Part shown: one piece after another, positions 56,491 to 64,000 of the stretch
Layout: the number at the start of each line of letters is the position of its first letter
Position numbering within the stretch: position 1 is the stretch's first letter
Source: an uncultured Gemmatimonadaceae bacterium
Lineage (GTDB): Bacteria; Gemmatimonadota; Gemmatimonadetes; Gemmatimonadales; Gemmatimonadaceae
Reading direction: 5' to 3'
DNA: 64,000 nucleotides
Assembly (NCBI GenBank): GCA_963829055.1
Contig: CAWHHI010000005.1
Span: forward strand, 160,001 to 224,000
Program-made: the position numbers and the translations under genes
Notes under the pieces: generated by a model
The model's database searches: none
Seen by the model: the letters and a program-made list of their open reading frames with translations, nothing else
What the model was told of the DNA's origin: nothing

Positions 56491-57116
56491 GCTCGCCTCC
56501 GAACCTTCCTGATCGCCTCACGCGTGCCCACCGAATGCGGCGACGCCAGCTTGCCGTCGAGCACACTCGGCGTGTCGACGATCTCCATCTTCCCGCCGAA
56601 CCAGAGCGTCAGCGCGCGGATCGAGTCGCGCTGGGCCTGCGGCGCGTTCGCTGCCACACGCGGGTTCATGACCTGCTCCAGCCACTCGTAGAGGCCGCCG
56701 CGCAGGAAGTACACACGCTCGACGCCGCGAGCGCGGAGGAGAAACCACGCCTGCGCGGCGTGCGTGCCGCCCTCCGAGTACAACACGTACGTCGCCGCCG
56801 AGTCGAGCGGCATGCGCGCGATCTCGGCGAGTGGGACTCGCGTGGCGCCGGGCACGTGGAACTCCGCGAACTCGCTGTCCGAACGGATGTCGAGCACGCG
56901 AAGCCCGGCCTTGTCATCGCGAATCCACGTCGCGAGCTCCACCGCCGTGACGTGGTCTTCCTCCTGCTCGACGACGCGCGCGAGCTCCGTCACGTTCACG
57001 GTGCCGCGTGCCGGTCTGGTCGGTGTGCCGGCAACCGCCGCGAGCGCACCGGCGATCACCGCCGCGATTGCGAGGCCTCGCTCGACGCGCGGCGATCGAA
57101 TCTCGCGTGCTGTCAT
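56484..57116 (-). CDS. Membrane-anchored rhodanese-like protein lacking the catalytic Cys
   Basis: VLDIR..EF..FHVPGA, VLYSEGG (Ser at the Cys position), LRGGLYEW. Confidence 0.78.
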   Translation of the reverse strand: MTAREIRSPRVERGLAIAAVIAGALAAVAGTPTRPARGTVNVTELARVVEQEEDHVTAVELATWIRDDKAGLRVLDIRSDSEFAEFHVPGATRVPLAEIARMPLDSAATYVLYSEGGTHAAQAWFLLRARGVERVYFLRGGLYEWLEQVMNPRVAANAPQAQRDSIRALTLWFGGKMEIVDTPSVLDGKLASPHSVGTREAIRKVRRRAC

Positions 57117-57721
57117 ACGGTCACGTCGGTCGGCTGGGCAGGGCGCTCGGCGTGTCGCTCCAACCATTCTGCCCCCGCGAACACGCCTAACGCCGCTGCC
57201 ACGATGATGCCGACCACCACTCCGTACGAGAGTCCGAGCGCCTGCGGCAGCGTCCACGCGCCGCGCGCCGTGCTGTCCGCGAATCCACCAATTGCGGGAA
57301 ACGCCTCGCCGAACACGAACACGCCGACAAGCATACCCGCGATGAGCGCCCATCCATCCTTTCGTCCAGTCGCCGCGGCCACGCACGACGTGCCCGGGCA
57401 GAGCCCGCCCGTCGCGAACCCTACGCCGAACACCAACCCGCCCACGATCTGTGGCGCGATGAACGTTTCCGGCACGTAGATGCGGGAGAGATCGAGCAGC
57501 CCCGCCCACGACAGCCAGAACAGCCCGAGCATCGCCGTCAGGATGGCGCTGAACATGAGCTTCAGCACCGAGAGGTCCGTGAAGTAGAACTGACCCGCGA
57601 GCTTGCGCGCGTTGCCCATGCCGCCACGCTCGAGGAACCAGCCGAACGCGATCCCGAGCAGCACCGCGACGACGAGGCTCATCCCGTCGCCGAAGCGACC
57701 GAGCTCGTAGAACGGCGCCAT
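57113..57721 (-). CDS. YeeE/YedE sulfur transporter, second half
   Basis: GIAFGWFLE.GG, GGLVFGVG..GGLCPGTS. Confidence 0.85.
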   Translation of the reverse strand: MAPFYELGRFGDGMSLVVAVLLGIAFGWFLERGGMGNARKLAGQFYFTDLSVLKLMFSAILTAMLGLFWLSWAGLLDLSRIYVPETFIAPQIVGGLVFGVGFATGGLCPGTSCVAAATGRKDGWALIAGMLVGVFVFGEAFPAIGGFADSTARGAWTLPQALGLSYGVVVGIIVAAALGVFAGAEWLERHAERPAQPTDVTV

Positions 57722-58311
57722 CACTGCCACGCCTTCCGAAGCAGCGGGGCCGCCGCGTACGCGCCGGCGAACGCGGCGACCACGAAGAGCCAACTGCCGA
57801 CACTGAGGGTTGCGCCTCCCGTTAGGCCAAGTCCGCTCGTGCAGCCGCGGGCGAGCTTCGCGCCGACGCCCATTGCCGCTCCGCCCGCGAATGCATTCAC
57901 CAGACGACGACGGTCGGTGATCGCTGGTCCCCGCTCTGTCGTCCATCGCAGTCGTCCGGCGAGGAGTCCGGACGCCAGTCCGCCGATGAGCACGCCGAGC
58001 ACCTCGAACACCAACCAGTCGCCGAGCGGGCTCGCGGCGCCGTCAGCGAGGTAACGGGCGTAGAAGGCGTTCCCCGCCGCGTGACCGGGCGCCGCGGCTT
58101 GCACCGTGGCGGTCACGACGCTCGAGAACGCGCCCGACGCCCCGAGCCCTCGGCCCATCAGGACGAACGAGAGCAGTAGCACGATCCCGATGCCCACGCC
58201 CGCGAGGTACGGGCTCGTATACGGCGCGGCCTCACGCCGCGCGCGCACCCGTACCTCTGCGGTGGTCGCACCTAACGCGTTTCCGGCTGCGATCGTTGAC
58301 ATGTCGCTCAC
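57721..58311 (-). CDS. YeeE/YedE sulfur transporter, first half
   Basis: PYLAGVGIG, GLGASG, GAKLARGCTSG. Confidence 0.85.
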   Translation of the reverse strand: MSDMSTIAAGNALGATTAEVRVRARREAAPYTSPYLAGVGIGIVLLLSFVLMGRGLGASGAFSSVVTATVQAAAPGHAAGNAFYARYLADGAASPLGDWLVFEVLGVLIGGLASGLLAGRLRWTTERGPAITDRRRLVNAFAGGAAMGVGAKLARGCTSGLGLTGGATLSVGSWLFVVAAFAGAYAAAPLLRKAWQ

Positions 58312-58324
58312 GCGTCCCCTTCGC

Positions 58325-59305
58325 TCAGCTGCCCTTGCGGGAGCTCTCGGTGGGAAGCTGGCGCATCGACCAGTCCTGGAACGATCCGTCGTACAGCTTC
58401 ACGTTGTAGCCCAGGGCCTCGGCCGCAAACAGCATGGCGGTCGCCTGCTGGCCAATGTGGCAGTACCCGATGATCGTGTCGTTAGGCTTGACGCCCGCGG
58501 CCGCGAACAGCTCGCGGAGCTTGGCATCCGGCAGCAGATGGTTCGTCTCGTCGAACACGCTCTCGAACACGACGTTCACGCTGCCCGGCACGTGGCCCGG
58601 CACGACGCGCCGCCGCTGGTGCCCTGCAGCGTCAGTGCCCGAGGGCTCCTGAATCGGGCCGTCGTAGAACATCGTGTTGCGCGCGTCGACGATCACGTAC
58701 CCGGGCGTCCGGATGTGCGCCTTCACGAAATCGGCGTCGACGACGAGCGGTACCGTCGGGCGTGCGGCGAGTGTGCCCGGCTTCGGCGCCGCAGGAACGT
58801 CCCTGGTGATCGGACGATTTCCTTTCTTCCACTCGGGCATGCCGCCGTCGAGAATGGACGCCCGCGCGCCGAGTCCCGCGTATTGCAGCGTGAGCAGCGC
58901 TCGAGTGGAGGGGGACACCCAATCATTGCCGTAGTAGATCACGACACGTGAGTCGTCCGAGATGCCGAGCTGCTGGAGACGCTGTCGCAGCTCGTCCGGC
59001 GCCAGCATCTCGAGCGCGAGCTTCGTCGTGTCCATCGTCATCGGCGACGAGACGTCATGGAGCTCGAGGAAGCGCGCGCCGGGGATGTGGCCGGCGTCAT
59101 ACTCCGGCTTCTCTCCGACGTGGAGCAGCACGAGCTTCGGGTTCTTGAGCTGCGTGGCAAGCCAGTCGCTCGTGACGAGAAGGTCGTTGCGCGTGAGCTT
59201 GCCGGTCGGTGTTGTGTTCTGCGCCGCGGCGGCCGCGACGGTTGTCGCGAGCAACGCGATCAACACGGGCGCGCCTCGCGTGAGCGGGCGGAGTCGGTCC
59301 AACAT
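58325..59305 (-). CDS. Exported two-domain sulfurtransferase (rhodanese/SseA-like)
   Basis: Signal peptide; LVTSDWL, GHIPGA, LDGG..W, GHVPGS, YCHIGQQA, YDGSFQDW. Confidence 0.88.
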   Translation of the reverse strand: MLDRLRPLTRGAPVLIALLATTVAAAAAQNTTPTGKLTRNDLLVTSDWLATQLKNPKLVLLHVGEKPEYDAGHIPGARFLELHDVSSPMTMDTTKLALEMLAPDELRQRLQQLGISDDSRVVIYYGNDWVSPSTRALLTLQYAGLGARASILDGGMPEWKKGNRPITRDVPAAPKPGTLAARPTVPLVVDADFVKAHIRTPGYVIVDARNTMFYDGPIQEPSGTDAAGHQRRRVVPGHVPGSVNVVFESVFDETNHLLPDAKLRELFAAAGVKPNDTIIGYCHIGQQATAMLFAAEALGYNVKLYDGSFQDWSMRQLPTESSRKGS

Positions 59306-59455
59306 GTCGGATGTCCTCGTGGCTGGTTGTTCGGGGGCGGCGGCCAATCGCTGACCGCACGTGGCGAGGACGATACGCGAGGGGATCGCGCTGGTGGCGG
59401 TGAAACTGTCCTTCGTTGGTCGCCGATGCGTGCGAGGGATGTGCGCGATCTGTGA

Positions 59456-59845
59456 TGGCGACGCTGTCACGCGCCTCGTGGGCGCTGCCTGACGACTCGT
59501 CCCAGTTGTCCTCCGCGGCGGACGCTAGTTCGTCGCACGGCATGGACGATGTCGCACGTCCCATCGTCGGTAGAGCCCGAGTGACTACACGGAGATGGCG
59601 GTGCTAGCGCGCATCGGTTCCTGGCGAGCGACGCGCATGTGCTCAGCGCGCTGCGCAGTCACGCGGCCCGCCTCGGCGCGAATGGATTGCTGCTCCTCAA
59701 CACGCGCGGCTCTGGCGGCGTGCGCGGTTCCGGAACCGGCGTGGTGATTGGTGGTCCCCGGTCCGGTGAGGTCGTGGTCGGCAACGTACAGACCGACGTC
59801 GACGAATTCGAGCGCGCGGTGGCGATCCGCTACCGACCGCGTTAG
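59456..59845 (+). CDS. Small hypothetical protein (frameshifted, start uncertain)
   Basis: LRSHAARLGANGLLL..AVAIRY segment in ORF 59639-59845. Confidence 0.35.
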
Positions 59846-59852
59846 GCGACCG

Positions 59853-59890
59853 GCCCGAGGCGTCACGCCGATCGGCGTGACGCCTCGGGC
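59853..59890. terminator. Perfect 38-bp palindrome at a convergent gene junction
   Basis: GCCCGAGGCGTCACGCCGA|TCGGCGTGACGCCTCGGGC. Confidence 0.6.
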
Positions 59891-60534
59891 TCCTGATCGG
59901 ACTGGTCAGGGTTGAACGCCCGCGCGGCGAGCCGCCGCGCGTGGTCGCGCACGTCGTCCGGCCACTCGGACGTCATCTCGGTGAACCGCGCCTCGTCGTT
60001 GGCGAACAGCGCACGCGTCGCTTCCTCGAACCCGCGCTCGTTCCCCGCCATCGCGGACATGAAGCGGTACGCCGACTCCTGAGCCTTCCGCCGGCGATCC
60101 GTCGCGGCGAGTGACTGCCGAGCTGCGTCCACGAGTCTTCGTACCGCGGCGGACGCGCCGCCGGGCTGCGTGGCCAGCCACTCCCAGTGACGCGGCAGCA
60201 GTGTCACTTCACGCGCCACGACTCCCAGTTTGGGACGCCCCCGTCCGCGCGCTGCTTCGCCCTCGCGGTAGGGCGACCCGTCGGCCTCGGCACTCGAAGA
60301 CTCATCAGCTGACGGTGCGGAGTCGCCGGTAATCCTGGCGATCACGTCGGCGTCGGTCCCGCGGAAGTCGACGTCGATGACCTGACTCGTCGCGTCGTCG
60401 AAAATCAGAACGGAATCCTGTGCGCCCGCGGCGACGGCCTGCTTTGCGGCGATAGCGACGTCGGTAAGGAGTCCGGAGCTGATGCGACGCGAACCGACGA
60501 ACGCGATGCATTGGGGAATGGTCGATTCATTCAC
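59863..60534 (-). CDS. DUF2239 family protein
   Basis: LIFDDAT..IDVDFRG, RGRGRPKLGVVAREVTLLPRHWEWLATQPGGAS, AYRFMSAMAGN..GFEEATRALF. Confidence 0.85.
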   Translation of the reverse strand: MNESTIPQCIAFVGSRRISSGLLTDVAIAAKQAVAAGAQDSVLIFDDATSQVIDVDFRGTDADVIARITGDSAPSADESSSAEADGSPYREGEAARGRGRPKLGVVAREVTLLPRHWEWLATQPGGASAAVRRLVDAARQSLAATDRRRKAQESAYRFMSAMAGNERGFEEATRALFANDEARFTEMTSEWPDDVRDHARRLAARAFNPDQSDQEPEASRRSA

Positions 60535-60567
60535 TGGCGTATACCCGTTTGAGCGGTGAGGAGCCGC

Positions 60568-60609
60568 ATTATATCCGGGTATTAATACCCGGTCAATACC
60601 ATCCGGGTA
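60568..60609 (-). promoter_or_regulatory. Sigma70-type promoter with a palindromic operator
   Basis: Minus strand TTGACC-N17-TATAAT (60596-60568); perfect palindrome CCGGGTATTAATACCCGG at 60575-60592; extra half-site at 60601-60609. Confidence 0.78.
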
Positions 60610-60634
60610 AAAATGTCCCACGCACAGCCCTGCG

Positions 60635-62784
60635 TCAGCCGCGCGGCAGGGTCAGGATGAACCGCGAGCCAACCCCGGGCGTACTCTGCACCGCGATGTC
60701 GCCACCCATCGCCCGCGCGAGATCGCGACTGATCGAGAGACCGAGCCCCGTGCCGGGGTTCGTCCCCGAACGCCCCCGCTCGAGTTGCACAAATGGTTCG
60801 AAGATCGCCTCGAGCTTGTCCGGCGGCACGCCGGTCCCCGTGTCCTGCACGTGGACGGACAGCGAATTCGCCGTCGCATCACACTCGACGGTGATGCTGC
60901 CGCCTAACGGCGTGAACTTCGCCGCGTTCGAGAGCAGGTTCAGGAGAATCTGCTGCATCCGATCGCGATCGACCCGGGCCACGTAGCCGCTGTCGCACGA
61001 GCGGTACTCGTAGTGCAGCTGCTTCTCGAGCAACTGCGGCGCGATGAGCGCCTCCAGCTCGCGGAGCGCGTCGTGCATCGCGACGGCCTGGACGTCGAAC
61101 TGGACGCGGCCGGCTTCGATCTTCGCGAAGTTCAGGATGTCGTTGATGAGCGAGAGCAGGTGATGCTGATTCTGGCGGATCCGCTCCAGGTCGGCGCGCT
61201 GGGCATTGGTGATGGGGCCGCGGATCCCGTCCGTCAGGAGCGCCGCATAGCCGCCGATCGCGTTCAGCGGCGTCCGCAGCTCGTGCGACATGCTCGCGAG
61301 GAAGTCCGACTTGGCCTTGTTGGCGAGCTCCGCCTCCGCTCGCGCACTGCGCTCCGCCGCGTAGAGCCGGGCGTTGTCCATGGCGATCGCCGCCGACGAT
61401 GCGATGCCTAACGCCAGACGCTCGGCCCTCGACGTAAAGACGCCGACGTTCGCGTGGCCGAAGAACAACCCGCCAATGACCTCGCCGTTGCGCGAGATCA
61501 CCGGTACCGCGAGGTAGCTCCGCACCGGCAAGTGCCCCTTGGGCATCCCGTGATGCGGCGCCATCGTCCCGTACCGCGGGTCGGCGGTGATGTCGTCGCT
61601 CCGGACGATCGCCGTCCCGTAGAACGTCGGCGCGAACACCGGCGTCGCTCGCGGGTGCCCGAAATTCTCGAACGCCTCACGCGGCGCGCCCGACAACGTG
61701 TACAACGTGTACTTCCCGCCGTGGCGGTCGGTCACGTTGTAGAAGAACGCGCCGAACTGCGCCCCGGTCAGTCCGGTGGCCGCGTCGGTGACGGTCTGGA
61801 CAATCCGCTCCACATCCAGCTCCGACGTCAACACGCCCGAGATGTCGTTCAGCGTCTCGACGAGACTCGTCTCCTCGCGGCGCGCTTCCTCGGCCTGCTT
61901 CTCGTCCTCGATATCATCGAGCGTGCCCACCCACTCACGAACGTTGCCATGGTCATCGAGCACCGGCACGCCGCGGGCACGCTGCCAGCGATAGCTGCCG
62001 TTCGCCAGGCGCAGGCGATACTCGTTCTGATAGATGCCCCGCGACTCGAACGCGCTCCACCACGCCGTCGCGCTCCGCGCCCTGTCGTCCGGATGCAGCG
62101 CATCCAGCCAACCCGACCCGCGAACCTCGTCCTTCGTCTGGCCGGTCAGCGTCCGCCAGTGCGGCATGTCCTCGACCATGCCATGCGCGTCGGTGTTCCA
62201 CACGAGCTGCGTACTCGCCTCCACCAGCGCGCGGTAGCGATCCTCGCTCCGCTTCGCCTCGATGCTTGCCTGGTGCAGATGCTCGTTCGCCTGTTCGAGT
62301 TCCTCCGCCAGCGCCTGCGCCTCGTCCACCTGCTGTTCCAGCTCCGCCGTGCGCTCCAGAAGGTCTCGTTCGGCGCGCGCGATCCGCACAGCACCGCGAA
62401 TCGCCTGCGCGAGACGGTCGGGGACGATGGGATCGTTAGGAATGACGTTATGCGCCCCTGCACGCTCGAGCTCGGCCGCGTTCCGTAGCGACGCACGCGG
62501 CACCAGTGCGACCACCCCACCTGTCCACATGCGTGGATGAGCGCGCGAAGCGTGGCCACCACACGTTCGACATCGTCGGTCTCGTCCACCAACACACAGT
62601 CGAACGGACGCCGCGATGCTTCACCGCTCAGTGAACCGAGCGCCGTACTCGCATCCGGCACCCGATGGAGCTCAGCGCGATCAAATGCCGAGGCCGCCAG
62701 TGCCTGCTGCACTGCGGCGGCGGTATCGGCGTGCGTCGTCACCAGCAGGAGCGCTAGCCCGGCCCCGTTAGGGTCGAGCACCAC
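60635..62784 (-). CDS. Receiver-like/PAS/GAF sensor histidine kinase (frameshift near 62535)
   Basis: LLLV..FDCVLVD N-terminal domain, PAS (GWLDALHPDD), GAF (GAFFYN..VRSYLAVPV..GGLFFGH), SHELRTPLNAIGGY, HATPase. Confidence 0.87.
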
Positions 62785-63019
62785 ACCCGTTCTACTAATC
62801 GATGATCCGGTCACGGTTCCATGATGTCTGCGTCGCGCGCGTACGCTCGGATGCTTCAGCACGTAAGCAATTTCCGAGCGCTGCCGCAGGAGGAACCGAC
62901 GACTGCGCTGAACGGTGACGGCTACCGAACTTCCGGGGCGACATTCGAGAGACTCTCGCCACGGCGGCTGACGAAAGGATTCGACGTCAGGCGCAGTGAT
63001 CCGGGGCGGCCGGCTCACC

Positions 63020-63195
63020 ATGCTCGACGCCCGCGCAACGCTCGTGTGAACGCGATCGCGCGGCACATCCAGCTTCTCGAGATGGAGATTCACGGCCGGC
63101 TGTCCGACGCACAGCGCGACGCGCTCGTCCGCGTGGAGCGAAACCAGCGCCATCTGCTGTCACTGATCAACGACCTCCTCGACCCAACCGCGTAG
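63020..63195 (+). CDS. Stand-alone degenerate HisKA (DHp)-like fragment
   Basis: NAIARHIQLLEMEIHGRLSDAQRDALVRVERNQRHLLSLINDLLD aligns with the DHp helices of local kinases; no SHELRTP; start and frame uncertain. Confidence 0.5.
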
Positions 63196-63200
63196 TCGCG

Positions 63201-63857
63201 TTAGGCGGCGGTGCTGGTCAGCCGGGCGCTCGACAGACGGTCGAGCATTTGCGCGGCGGCATCGAAATGCTGGCGGACGTCGAACCCCTTCGGGTCGATC
63301 ACGGACTGCAGGGCGCAGCCGTGAATGAGACTCACCGCGACGCTGGCCACGCCTTCCGCCGTCGCCACCGCCGTCGGCGTAGCCGCTGCCGTGGTGCCCG
63401 CAGACATGGATGGGTCAGCGGTCACGACGGCTGCCGCAACTTCTCTGAACGCGGCACGGTACTCCTCGAGCACTACGCGAATCCGCTGCCGGATCGCGGT
63501 GTTGCGCACGCCAGTGGTCCAGTAGTCGAGAAACAACCGGAAATGCCTCGGATCGGTGGACAGTCGATCCATCTCGGCCCGGAGCAACGCGTGCATCCGG
63601 TCCGAGGGCCGAGTGATCTGGGCGACGCCGTCGGGAATGCGGAGCACCGCGGTCGCGTACAACACGCGATCGAGCAGACTCGCCACGAGCTCGTGCTTCC
63701 GCTTGAAGTGGAACAGCACGGTCCCGTGACTCACGTCGGCTCGCGCCGCGACCGCGCGGAGCGTCAGGGCCTCGAGGCCCTGACGCGCGGCCACGTCGTA
63801 CGCGGCGCGCAGGATGTCTTCGCGCCGCGTTTCTTCAGAAACCTTTCGTCCAACCAT
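63201..63857 (-). CDS. TetR family regulator
   Basis: RREDILRAA..GLEALTLRAVAARADVSHGTVLFHFKRK. Confidence 0.9.
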   Translation of the reverse strand: MVGRKVSEETRREDILRAAYDVAARQGLEALTLRAVAARADVSHGTVLFHFKRKHELVASLLDRVLYATAVLRIPDGVAQITRPSDRMHALLRAEMDRLSTDPRHFRLFLDYWTTGVRNTAIRQRIRVVLEEYRAAFREVAAAVVTADPSMSAGTTAAATPTAVATAEGVASVAVSLIHGCALQSVIDPKGFDVRQHFDAAAQMLDRLSSARLTSTAA

Positions 63858-63883
63858 TGCAGCTCCTCATGACGACGCGCGGT

Positions 63884-63972
63884 GTAGTGGATCGCGAGTG
63901 AGATGTTGAGAGCAGACGAGGCAGGCCGTAATGCCAGAATCGCCTGCTCTCAACATCTCACGCCCGCACTAC
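63884..63972. terminator. Long stem-loop downstream of groEL
   Basis: GTGAGATGTTGAGAGCAG / CTGCTCTCAACATCTCAC 18-bp stem plus outer GTAGTG/CACTAC. Confidence 0.6.
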
Positions 63973-64000
63973 TAGTACATCCCGCCCATGCCACCGCCAC
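63972..64000 (-). CDS. groEL: Chaperonin GroEL C-terminus (partial)
   Basis: Minus strand reads GGGMGGMY*, the typical GroEL Gly-Met tail; only 29 nt are visible. Confidence 0.65.

Overview
High-GC bacterial chromosomal window. The lineage is probably Gemmatimonadota-like, inferred from gene content (SusC/SusD pair, PadR plus duplicated-orphan ABC permease, many orphan PAS kinases) and not proven. Many genes are broken by 1-nt indels, most likely long-read errors, so several CDS calls are stitched across frames. In order, it contains: SusC/SusD, M23 peptidase, D-aminoacylase, a coproporphyrin-type heme operon (hemA-chdC-hemE-hemH-hemC-hemD-hemB-hemL plus a split-barrel flavoprotein, with no recognisable porphyrinogen oxidase), an M50 protease pair, a VPS10-type hydrolase, a serine hydrolase, PadR/permease, an esterase, three histidine kinases around an iodotyrosine-deiodinase-like gene, yciF, a TonB receptor, a nirK operon, a Tat-exported hydrolase, a modular nuclease, an RAPP-ending leader ORF plus fused secDF, msrB, a sulfurtransferase/YeeE/Moco-sulfurase-like operon, DUF2239, a fourth kinase, TetR and the 3' end of groEL. 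Most notable: (1) a signal-peptide leader ORF ending RAPP directly upstream of secDF, a candidate ribosome-arrest secretion monitor; (2) the heptamer CCTAACG/CGTTAGG about once per kb on both strands, written into genes through rare codons; (3) several nested palindromic repeat families, one sitting in-frame inside a permease; (4) a perfect palindrome inside a consensus promoter for DUF2239. No rRNA, tRNA, CRISPR or transposase was seen.
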